From a bacterium (GTDB lineage: Bacteria; Patescibacteriota; Minisyncoccia; UBA6257; GWB1-50-10), in the NCBI GenBank assembly GCA_030647415.1, contig JAUSKB010000016.1:1-59843 (forward strand): 59,843 bases of DNA. The letters are read 5' to 3'. How positions within the stretch are numbered: the stretch's first letter is position 1; every line of letters starts with the position of its first letter. Positions 33,312-40,773 of this stretch are shown in pieces. Position numbers and translations under genes: made by a program. The notes below the pieces were generated by a model. The model saw nothing but the letters and a program-made list of their open reading frames with translations, was not told where the DNA came from and did no database searches.

Positions 33312-33763
33312 GCGCAACGTCAAACATATGGCCTGCGGTATTCGGGTTCACAAATCCACTCCTCATCATCATTCTCCTCATAAAGAACGGGGAACGGTGG
33401 AAGAGACTGGAGCGGTTCGAGGTGGTCTGTTTTATCCTCGGTCTTGTATCGCTCGCGGGGTGGCTACAATTCCAAGGTGAGCAACGGCTGATACAGTATG
33501 CGCTCTACACGGCGATCGTCGCGGATTCATGTGCAGCAATTCCCACGATCATGTTTGTCTGGCGCTTTCCCTTGGAGGACAGGCCGTTCGCATGGCTGCT
33601 TTTCTCGGTCGGTTACGGACTAGCGATCTTCTCCATCACAGAGCACCATGTTAGCAACTATATCCTTCCAATCTACATGGCACTTGGCTCATTTTTCGTT
33701 TCACTTCCACTCGTGCTCGAGCGTGTGAAACAGCGAGTTGTTTGGAGAGAGTGGTTGTAAGAG

Positions 33764-33791
33764 AGCCGCGAGAAAAATCTCGCGGCTTTTG
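33764..33791 (+). terminator. rho-independent terminator of the interrupted membrane gene
   Basis: agccgcgag-aaaaat-ctcgcggct followed by TTTT, 4 nt after the stop. Confidence 0.75.
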
Positions 33792-33894
33792 CATTTCCTC
33801 AAACGGTGCAACTTGTCATTCCAGACGGCCGTCTGAAATGACAAGTTATTGCAGGGACGCAATTTAGAAAGTTTTTGGTGTTTCCGCCGTGGGA

Positions 33895-33915
33895 TGGTAT
33901 GACAATGTCATACCA
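33895..33915. repeat. family P palindrome, copy 3
   Basis: tggtatgacaatgtcatacca. Confidence 0.8.
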
Positions 33916-33955
33916 CCACTCCCCATCGCCCCTCCCCCGCAACAGTGGCGCTGCG

Positions 33956-34603
33956 CTACCGCTTGCGCCACTGTTGCGGCCTTCTCGCTTTGCGGGAACC
34001 GAACTTCTTCTGTTCCACCTTCCGAGAGTCACGGGTGAGAAGACCGAGTGCCTTGAGGCGAGGACGCCAAGTTTTCTCTTTTTTGACGAGCGCCCGAGCG
34101 ATCCCCAACGAGAGCGCTTCCGCCTGCGCCTGCACGCCGCCGCCCGCCGCATGCGCCGTCACGCGAACCTCTGCGAGCGAGAGCGACGCGCCCATGAGCG
34201 GTGCGGATGCGATATGCTGGTGACGTTCAATCGGGAAGTATGCGGCAAAGGGGCGGTCGTTCACCGTGATGCCGGTTTTCACGCTCTCCGACCCCTCGTG
34301 CAATCGCACGCGCACCACCGCCGTCTTCCGTCGGCCGACCGCCTCAAAGTACCGGCCAGTGCTTTTTTGAGAAACCGCTTTCACAGCATGTCCGGCGATG
34401 CGCGGACGCCCATCCGTATCGCTGCGCACGGCGTGGTGGGCGGGCGGCGCGGCGGGACGAGCCACGTGCCGCACGGTCGGCTTCGCCGGAACTGCGATCT
34501 TCCCACCTGCCGCGTCCGCCACGCTTCGCAAGTCATGCGGGCGAACCGCGCTGTGCGTAGCACTGCGGGCAGGGTTTTTTGGCGCGGCGGGAGTTGGTGT
34601 CAT
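33956..34603 (-). CDS. rpsI: 30S ribosomal protein S9 with an about 85-aa N-terminal extension
   Basis: C-terminal 130 aa are canonical (YFEAVGRRKTAVVRVRL...SRKARRPQQWRKR). The N-terminus is Ala/Pro/Arg-rich. The ATG is 9 nt after the rplM stop. Confidence 0.9.
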   Translation of the reverse strand: MTPTPAAPKNPARSATHSAVRPHDLRSVADAAGGKIAVPAKPTVRHVARPAAPPAHHAVRSDTDGRPRIAGHAVKAVSQKSTGRYFEAVGRRKTAVVRVRLHEGSESVKTGITVNDRPFAAYFPIERHQHIASAPLMGASLSLAEVRVTAHAAGGGVQAQAEALSLGIARALVKKEKTWRPRLKALGLLTRDSRKVEQKKFGSRKARRPQQWRKR

Positions 34604-34612
34604 AGGGTTTGG

Positions 34613-35002
34613 TTATGCACGGATGAAAAGCTGGCGAAGTCGTTTGGCACGAAGACGATTCTTCGGTAGCATGTTCTGAATCGCGTGGCGGATCACCCAT
34701 CCTGGTTGCTTCCTGAACACGTCTTCAAATTTACGAACCTTGAGGTGACCGAGCTGCCCGGCGTGCTTGTAGTAGCGCTTCTGGGTCGCCTTTCGCCCCG
34801 TCACCACGACCTTCCGGGCATTCTCGATGTGCACTTCAATGGGCGCGAGGAGCCGCGGGTCGTACGTTGCCCGCCGCTTCCCCTGAAGGAGCGTTGCCAC
34901 CTCGGAGGCAATCCTGCCGAGCGGCCTTCCGGCGGCGTCGATGACATGCACTTCAGGATTTGCCGTCGCTTTCGCATTCGGTTTTCGTGGTCGTGGTGAC
35001 AT
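34613..35002 (-). CDS. rplM: 50S ribosomal protein L13
   Basis: ...HVIDAAGRPLGRIASEVATLLQGKRRATYDP...MLPKNRLRAKRLRQL. Confidence 0.93.
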   Translation of the reverse strand: MSPRPRKPNAKATANPEVHVIDAAGRPLGRIASEVATLLQGKRRATYDPRLLAPIEVHIENARKVVVTGRKATQKRYYKHAGQLGHLKVRKFEDVFRKQPGWVIRHAIQNMLPKNRLRAKRLRQLFIRA

Positions 35003-35010
35003 AAGTAGCG

Positions 35011-35361
35011 TTAGACGAATTCAATGACTGCCATTCGGGACGCATCGTGCTGCCGGGGCTTTCCGAGCTTCGTAATTTTCGTGTAGCCGCCCTTCCGGTC
35101 TTTGTATTTCGGGGCGAGGTCGTGGTAGACCGTGTACGCAACGGACTTCGGGAGCGTCTTCATGAGCAGGCGAAGCCCAGCGACGTTCTGTTTCTTGCCG
35201 TGCGTGATGTACCGCTCCACCACATGGCGGATCTCCTTCGCGCGCGCCTCGGTCGTCCGAACACGCTTGCGCGTAATGAGGTTCGCCGCGAGCCCATGCA
35301 GGAACGCACGGCGCTGACCGCGCTTTCTGCCGAATTTCCGACCGGTGGAGAGATGCCGCAT
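35011..35361 (-). CDS. rplQ: 50S ribosomal protein L17
   Basis: MRHLSTGRKFGRKRGQRRAFLHGLAANLI... Confidence 0.95.
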   Translation of the reverse strand: MRHLSTGRKFGRKRGQRRAFLHGLAANLITRKRVRTTEARAKEIRHVVERYITHGKKQNVAGLRLLMKTLPKSVAYTVYHDLAPKYKDRKGGYTKITKLGKPRQHDASRMAVIEFV

Positions 35362-35467
35362 GTTAGTTGGCTAGTTAAATAGTTGGTTAGTTTATTAGTT
35401 ATGATTCGCTTTCGTTGGACGGTACCTGTTTCAAACTACCCAACGAGTAAACGAGTCAACTGATAAA

Positions 35468-36214
35468 CTAGCGTTTCTTCTTCGTCTTCCCGCTTGGCGC
35501 TTCAAGTGAGACGGTGGGCGTCACTTCGACGCCTGCAACCTTCTCGAAATGGTCCTTTAGGATATTGCCTGCCTTATGGAGCGCTTCGGACGGCGTGATG
35601 GAACCATCCGTCTCGATCTCGAGCTGGAGCCGATTGTAGTCCGTCTGGTCGCCCACCCGCATATTCTCCACTATGAACGAGACACGGACGATTGGCGAAA
35701 AGATTGCGTCGAGCACGATGGTGCCGACCGGAAGCCGCTCAAGCCGACGCGCCTCCGCCGGGACGTAGCCGAGCCCCTTCTCGACTGTGAGCTCCACGTC
35801 GAGATCAGCCGATTTCTTGGTGAGCGTCGCGAGATGTAATGGTGTGTTGATGACCCTCGCAAACGTCGTCGATTCAATGTCTTCGGCGGTCACTGCCCGC
35901 TCGCCCTTCGCGTGGAGCGTGAGTACTTGCGGCTCGTCCGCAAAAAAGTGGAATCGAACCTGCTTCAGGTTCAGTATGAACTCGACCACATCTTCCATCA
36001 TGCCTGGAATTGTCGAGAACTCGTGGTCGACCCCCTTGACTTTGATTTGCGTGATGGCGGCGCCGGGCAACGACGAAAGCAGGGTTCGCCGGAGCGCGTT
36101 CCCCAGCGTGGTGCCGTACCCGGTGTACAGTCCTTCGATGTGGAATACGCCGATATTCTGCTCCTCGGAGACCTTTTTGATGACGACGGTGTCACTGACG
36201 TGTGTGTATTTCAT
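35468..36214 (-). CDS. rpoA: DNA-directed RNA polymerase alpha subunit, N-terminal domain only
   Basis: Canonical alpha-NTD (GYGTTLGNALRRTLLSSLPGAAIT...). The ORF ends at 248 aa (...EAPSGKTKKKR*) with no alpha-CTD. Confidence 0.9.
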   Translation of the reverse strand: MKYTHVSDTVVIKKVSEEQNIGVFHIEGLYTGYGTTLGNALRRTLLSSLPGAAITQIKVKGVDHEFSTIPGMMEDVVEFILNLKQVRFHFFADEPQVLTLHAKGERAVTAEDIESTTFARVINTPLHLATLTKKSADLDVELTVEKGLGYVPAEARRLERLPVGTIVLDAIFSPIVRVSFIVENMRVGDQTDYNRLQLEIETDGSITPSEALHKAGNILKDHFEKVAGVEVTPTVSLEAPSGKTKKKR

Positions 36215-36319
36215 CCCGTTAGAAATTTAAACATATTCGTTGATTTTTTGTATACGACTGTTTTTTGGAAACATGATTTTATTGATTCACCAATCCCGCG
36301 TAAATTTCTAACGGGATGA
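36211..36319. repeat. TIR element family F4, copy 2
   Basis: Perfect 19-bp arms tcatcccgttagaaattta / taaatttctaacgggatga. The rpoA ATG (36212-36214) lies inside the left arm. Confidence 0.9.
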
Positions 36320-36321
36320 AT

Positions 36322-36513
36322 GCGAATTTTTACTGAGCGAAGCGAAGGCTAAAAATTCAGCACCCCGCTTGATACGTTTGAAACGGAGGGCACTCCGGAT
36401 ACTCGACTGTATCCTATTTTGAGAAATATTGTCATTGGTTCGGCGATATCTAGCGGGGTAAGGTTTGATGGCTGTATTTTCTGCGCTTTCAGCTTGAAAA
36501 TCCAGACCAAGCC
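36322..36513. repeat. about 195-bp long-armed palindrome family F5, copy 1
   Basis: Left end gcgaatttttactgagcgaagcgaaggctaaaaattcagcaccccgc. Right end gcggggtaaggtttgatggctgtattttctgcgctttcagcttgaaaatccagaccaagccc. It abuts the rpsD stop. Confidence 0.85.
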
Positions 36514-36514
36514 C

Positions 36515-37114
36515 TTATCGGGCATAAAACTGGCTCACAACTGTTATGTCGAAGGGGAAATTCGTGTCGCTGGTGGTCGATGTTGCGAAAACGTTTCCGC
36601 TCATCGTGTCGGTATTGAGCTTGAGCCATGTGGGCGGCGTGAATTCTTTGAGGCGTTCCGAAAGCTCTTCAAACTGCTTCGAGTCGCGGGATTCGGGACG
36701 GATGGACACGGCGTCGCCGGGACGGAGCAGGTGTGATGCCACGCTCGAGCGGCGACCGTTCACCAGGATGTGCCCATGATTCACCAGCTGCCGCGCGATG
36801 CGCGGCGACTTCGCGAGCCCGAGCTGAAACACGACCTGGTCCAACCGATGCTCTAGCGTCTCGCGAATCGCCTGCGGCGACGGCTCGGCGAAAATCCGGC
36901 GCATCTGCCGGTCGGTGAGGCCGAAGTACCACTGAATCTTCTGCTTCTCCATGAGCTGCTTACCGTAGTCGGTTTTCGTCTGCCGCCGCTCGCCGTGCTG
37001 GCCCGGACGCGACGGCCGGCGTACCATGACGCACTTCGGTGAATTGCAACGGTCCGCCTTCACAAAGAGCTTCACGCCCAATGCCCGTTCTTGTTTTTCG
37101 GTGATTCGTTTCAT
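36515..37114 (-). CDS. rpsD: 30S ribosomal protein S4
   Basis: Zinc-knuckle N-terminus (ADRCNSPKCVMVRRPSRPGQHG) and an S4 RNA-binding domain (RLDQVVFQLGLAKSPRIARQLVNHGHILVNG). Confidence 0.95.
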   Translation of the reverse strand: MKRITEKQERALGVKLFVKADRCNSPKCVMVRRPSRPGQHGERRQTKTDYGKQLMEKQKIQWYFGLTDRQMRRIFAEPSPQAIRETLEHRLDQVVFQLGLAKSPRIARQLVNHGHILVNGRRSSVASHLLRPGDAVSIRPESRDSKQFEELSERLKEFTPPTWLKLNTDTMSGNVFATSTTSDTNFPFDITVVSQFYAR

Positions 37115-37310
37115 GCCGATTTTATTTGAGCGGAGCGAAATTTAAAATCGAGCACCCCGCACCACTTTTGCAGCAAGGTAGTGATTCAATGATGGTGTGT
37201 GTGATAGATGTCATATTTTTCAGTAATGATTCGTGAGGCAAAAGTGGTGCGGGGTAAGGTTTGGTGGCTGTATTTTCTGCGCCTTCGGCTTGAAAATCCA
37301 GACCAAGCCC
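37115..37310. repeat. long-armed palindrome family F5, copy 2
   Basis: Inner perfect 18-bp stem accccgcaccacttttgc / gcaaaagtggtgcggggt. The outer right arm is near-identical to 36453-36513. It exactly fills the gap between the rpsK stop and the rpsD start. Confidence 0.88.
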
Positions 37311-37763
37311 TTATACGCGTCGCCGCTTCTTCGGCCGTGGACCGTTGTGCGGGATGGGCGTGCAATCGCGCACCGCAGTGATATTGAAACCTTTAGCTGC
37401 GAGCGTCCGCATCGCGGAATCTCGGCCTTTGCCAATACCCCGCAACACGATTTCCACGTTCGTTGGCCCCGACCGCTTCACTTTCTCCGCAATCGCCTCC
37501 GCAACCTTCGAGGCCGCAAATGGCGTCGCCTTCTTCGGACCGGAAAACCCGAGCGACCCCGCGGACATCCATGCTACCACGCCACCCTTCAAATCGGTCA
37601 CGGTAATCATGGTGTTATTGAACGAAGTGTGGATGTAAATCTTGCCGGCGTCCAAGCGCTGCCTGGTGCTCTGCGCCGACTTGGCAGCCGCGGTTGCTTC
37701 GACCGCCTCGGATTCCTTGATGAGGTCGTCCTGGTTCTTCGTGATGGTCTTTTTCTTTCCCAT
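37311..37763 (-). CDS. rpsK: 30S ribosomal protein S11
   Basis: ...GKIYIHTSFNNTMITVTDLKGGVVAWMSAGSLGFSGPKKATPFAA... Confidence 0.95.
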   Translation of the reverse strand: MGKKKTITKNQDDLIKESEAVEATAAAKSAQSTRQRLDAGKIYIHTSFNNTMITVTDLKGGVVAWMSAGSLGFSGPKKATPFAASKVAEAIAEKVKRSGPTNVEIVLRGIGKGRDSAMRTLAAKGFNITAVRDCTPIPHNGPRPKKRRRV

Positions 37764-37777
37764 ACGTTCGTTCGGCG

Positions 37778-38161
37778 TTACTTTAGGTCGACCTTCCGCT
37801 TGCCGCTACCGGCAGTCTTTCGGACGTTCCCGCGAATTGTGCGTGAATTCGTCTTGGTGCGCTGTCCGCGAACGGGCAGTCGGCGGGCGTGTCGGGTTCC
37901 CCGGTAACACTTAATATCCTTCAAGCGGGCGACATTCTGACGGACCTGCGACCGCAACTCCCCCTCCACGGTAAGGTGCTTCTCGAGGAACGTCTGAATA
38001 CGGTTCACCTCTTCGGGCGTGAGATCCTTCGTCCGCTTCTCCGGGGCGATACCGGTTCCCACAAGAATCTCCTCGGCGCGCGTGGCGCCGATGCCGTAGA
38101 CGGAGCGGAGACTCACGGCAATCTTCTTGGTATCAGGGATGTTGATGCCGACGATTCTCAT
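37778..38161 (-). CDS. rpsM: 30S ribosomal protein S13
   Basis: MRIVGINIPDTKKIAVSLRSVYGIGATRAEEIL... Confidence 0.95.
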   Translation of the reverse strand: MRIVGINIPDTKKIAVSLRSVYGIGATRAEEILVGTGIAPEKRTKDLTPEEVNRIQTFLEKHLTVEGELRSQVRQNVARLKDIKCYRGTRHARRLPVRGQRTKTNSRTIRGNVRKTAGSGKRKVDLK

Positions 38162-38163
38162 AA

Positions 38164-38274
38164 TGATACAAATATACTAATGGTACGAATGATACTAATC
38201 ATACGAATGGGAATTCGTTGGTGTTATTAGTATTATTCGTATCATTCGCATGAATTCGTATATTGGTATCGCAC
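38164..38274. repeat. palindrome family C, copy C3
   Basis: gatacaaatatactaatggtacgaatgatactaatcatacgaatggg ... ttagtattattcgtatcattcgcatgaattcgtatattggtatc. It fills the gap between the rpsM start and the rpmJ stop. Confidence 0.88.
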
Positions 38275-38387
38275 TAGCCCTGCCTCTGCTTATGCTTCTT
38301 GTTCACACAAATAACGAAGACACGACCACGGCGTCTGACCGTTTTGCATTTCATGCAGATTTTCTTTACTGATGAGCGTACCTTCAT
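38274..38387 (-). CDS. rpmJ: 50S ribosomal protein L36
   Basis: Not in the ORF track (too short). The minus strand encodes [37 protein letters not shown], canonical L36 in its usual place between infA and rpsM. Confidence 0.9.
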   Translation of the reverse strand: MKVRSSVKKICMKCKTVRRRGRVFVICVNKKHKQRQG

Positions 38388-38490
38388 CCTGTTAGAGTTT
38401 TACACGCAATCCAACTGCGTGTAAAAAGTTTTTCGTTTGGCAAACAAGTTTCCATAGGATTCGTGGGTTTGTAAAACTCTAACAGGATGA
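38384..38490. repeat. TIR element family F4, copy 3
   Basis: Perfect 21-bp arms tcatcctgttagagttttaca / tgtaaaactctaacaggatga. The rpmJ ATG (38385-38387) lies inside the left arm. Confidence 0.9.
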
Positions 38491-38502
38491 ATGGAACCCT
38501 TT

Positions 38503-38727
38503 CTAGAACCTGCGGACGATTCTGCCACGACGGTCGTCGTACGGGGTCATCTCGACCATGACACGGTCGCCAGGTATGACGCGAATGCGGTGCAACTTCA
38601 TCTTCCCGGCAAGGTGTGCGAGGACCTCCTTTCCGGTCTTGTCCTCGGTAATGCGAAAGAGAAGCCCAGGTAATGCTTCCTGGACAGTTCCTTCAATCCG
38701 TACTATCTGTCCTTCGTCTTTTGGCAT
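38503..38727 (-). CDS. infA: translation initiation factor IF-1
   Basis: MPKDEGQIVRIEGTVQEALPGLLFRI...KMKLHRIRVIPGDRVMVEMTPYDDRRGRIVRRF. The tracked 38760 start is probably too long. Confidence 0.92.
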   Translation of the reverse strand: MPKDEGQIVRIEGTVQEALPGLLFRITEDKTGKEVLAHLAGKMKLHRIRVIPGDRVMVEMTPYDDRRGRIVRRF

Positions 38728-38898
38728 CCTGAAGCCTCGCACCGAATACGCAATACACAATACACATAGCTAAGTATACAAATGAGGCGGGAGATGTCAA
38801 GCACAACTGCAAGTAATAGGCAAAAGGTAATTGGTACTAGGGGAACCCAGCGCTTTTCTTATTACCTATTACTCATTACCTATTTCTCTCCATGAGCG

Positions 38899-40611
38899 CT
38901 ACTCCACCACGACCGTGATTTTCCGGGAATCGTTCGGCGCCCGGCGGACCCAGAACGGCCACAGATGCACGGTTGCCTTCGAGATGCCGGGAATGTCTGA
39001 AAGCATTGAGTTGAGCTTCGTTTCATCCTTGCCCAGTATGAGCGTGGTAAGTGCAGTGCTATCGAGCACATACCGGAGCGCTACCGTGCCGGATGCCGCG
39101 ACCGTGAGTGTACCACGATCGAAGTCGACTGTTGGCACCTCGAACGACGCATCGATCGAGTCCACGGTGAGCGACGAGGACTGCTGCGCCGCCGCACGCA
39201 CCGCCCGTGCGCCAACCGCCTCCTTGAACATGCGGTCATCAAAGACAATCTGCTTGAGCGACGCCTCACCGAACAACCGAAACGTACCGGAATCGTCCCC
39301 CGACGAGCGGAGGCGGCGCAGAACGACGAACCGCGTTGCGTCACGGAGCTCCGTAAAATGCTCATTTGCGGTGAGGAGCACCAGCTCGCTCACGAGCGCA
39401 TCACGGAGCGACGCATCGAGCGACTGCACCGCCCTCGCCTCCTCTTCCTTCGTGGGCGCTGCCCGTTCGCCCATGAAACCGCCCCGGAGTGCGTCCGGCG
39501 CCGCCGCGGTGAACGTATCATATTTCGGCGTACCCTGGAATCCCGGAATCCGCCATCCGTCGCTCGCAGGGACATTATGCGCCTCCCCGGCCGCATCAGC
39601 CGTCACCGAAACAGTCGTCGTGGACGATTGGATGGTTCCCCCAGAAACCCGTGCACCGGGAATGACCGATCGCTGGTTTAAGCGGAACACCGTGCCCTCC
39701 GGCGAGACAAACCGGGTCGTTGCGACCAGCACTTGCGGTTCCGAACTGAACGCGTTCGTCACCACGAGTGTTCCCGACGCCTTCGTGGCCACACGTTCCG
39801 TCCCTGCCGTCGGGAAGGTGAGCTCCAACGTGCGCCGTGCGTCGAACGACTGTGCAGGCAGCACGATGCGCGTGCCGGTACTCTCGGGCGCAGTGACACG
39901 GACCGAGGCGTCGATCAATTCCATGAACGGGATGGGAATCCGTGCGGCGCGAATCGTGACGGTCGCGCGCGGCACCACCGCGGTCGCCACCCACCAGCCT
40001 CCCCCGAGTACCGCGGCGGCGCATACGGAAATCACCAGGACGCGGAACCAGTGCGGTGACCGCTTGGGACGCTCCGGCTCCGGCTCTGGAACCGCGGCAG
40101 GTTGTGTGTCCTTCGTCGAACGTTCGCTGTTTTCAATTTCGAGTTTTGACTCTTCGCGCTCAACTTCTTGACGTTCGATATCAGACGTTAGACGATCTGC
40201 GGCAGATTCCACCGCTTGCGCATTCAATCCACCTCGCCCGCCTCGCCGAGACGTCGAGTCGAGGCTGGGCTGGAGCCGCGACGAAGCGGACCCGACGAGT
40301 GGGCGAGTCGAGGCGGGCCGTGCGATGATATCGGAAACAGCCCGCTCCTTCGAGTGGAAGAATGCGTTGCGGGATGGGATCCCGGCGAGCGACGCGAGTT
40401 CGAGGATATGGTCGTCCGCCGACTCGATCATGAGCTCCTTCCCCGCGTGCTCGGCTTCCCGGCGCAAGAGGTGGAAATTCTGCACCGAAACGCCAATGTC
40501 GGCTCCGGACGGGATGGTAAGCATAATCCTCGTGGAATCCTCGGTAAGGATCTTTTCCACGATTGCCGGGAGGCTATCCCCGCGCGCAATGAGTATTTTT
40601 TTCTCGGTCAT
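38899..40611 (-). CDS. hypothetical bitopic envelope protein carrying an in-frame family A element
   Basis: 570 aa: a cytoplasmic N-domain, one TM helix (VLVISVCAAAVLGGGWWV), and a large beta-rich C-domain. The insert ...SASSRLQPSLDSTSRRGGRGG... is element A3. Confidence 0.65.
   Translation of the reverse strand: MTEKKILIARGDSLPAIVEKILTEDSTRIMLTIPSGADIGVSVQNFHLLRREAEHAGKELMIESADDHILELASLAGIPSRNAFFHSKERAVSDIIARPASTRPLVGSASSRLQPSLDSTSRRGGRGGLNAQAVESAADRLTSDIERQEVEREESKLEIENSERSTKDTQPAAVPEPEPERPKRSPHWFRVLVISVCAAAVLGGGWWVATAVVPRATVTIRAARIPIPFMELIDASVRVTAPESTGTRIVLPAQSFDARRTLELTFPTAGTERVATKASGTLVVTNAFSSEPQVLVATTRFVSPEGTVFRLNQRSVIPGARVSGGTIQSSTTTVSVTADAAGEAHNVPASDGWRIPGFQGTPKYDTFTAAAPDALRGGFMGERAAPTKEEEARAVQSLDASLRDALVSELVLLTANEHFTELRDATRFVVLRRLRSSGDDSGTFRLFGEASLKQIVFDDRMFKEAVGARAVRAAAQQSSSLTVDSIDASFEVPTVDFDRGTLTVAASGTVALRYVLDSTALTTLILGKDETKLNSMLSDIPGISKATVHLWPFWVRRAPNDSRKITVVVE
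40232..40319. repeat. GC-rich palindromic element family A, copy A3
   Basis: Core identical to A1/A2. The right end gggcgagtcgaggcgggcc is the reverse complement of the A2 left end. Confidence 0.88.
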
Positions 40612-40612
40612 T

Positions 40613-40717
40613 TACCCTGTTAGAGTTTTACAGACACACAAATATCTCACAAAGTTTTGTTCGCGCAATAACAAATTTTTATATGCAATGGATTATGTGT
40701 AAAACTCTAACAGGGTA
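40613..40717. repeat. TIR element family F4, copy 4
   Basis: Perfect 20-bp arms taccctgttagagttttaca / tgtaaaactctaacagggta. The left arm starts 2 nt from the ATG of 38899..40611. Confidence 0.9.
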
Positions 40718-40734
40718 GACCCTTCTGTTTTGTA

Positions 40735-40756
40735 TGTAAACTTCTAACAGGGTGAA
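40735..40756. repeat. solo F4 arm
   Basis: tgtaaacttctaacagggtgaa, an extra right-type arm 18 nt after copy 4. Confidence 0.75.
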
Positions 40757-40773
40757 TGTTCTTTATAATACAA

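Larger units (their letters stand above)
32062..33760 (+). pseudogene. polytopic membrane protein gene interrupted by an IS element
   Basis: The N-part (32062-32229, ...LLVTYRDSGAT) and C-part (33312-33760, SNIWPAVFGF...) join in frame once the IS and one TSD copy (1090 bp) are removed. Confidence 0.8.
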
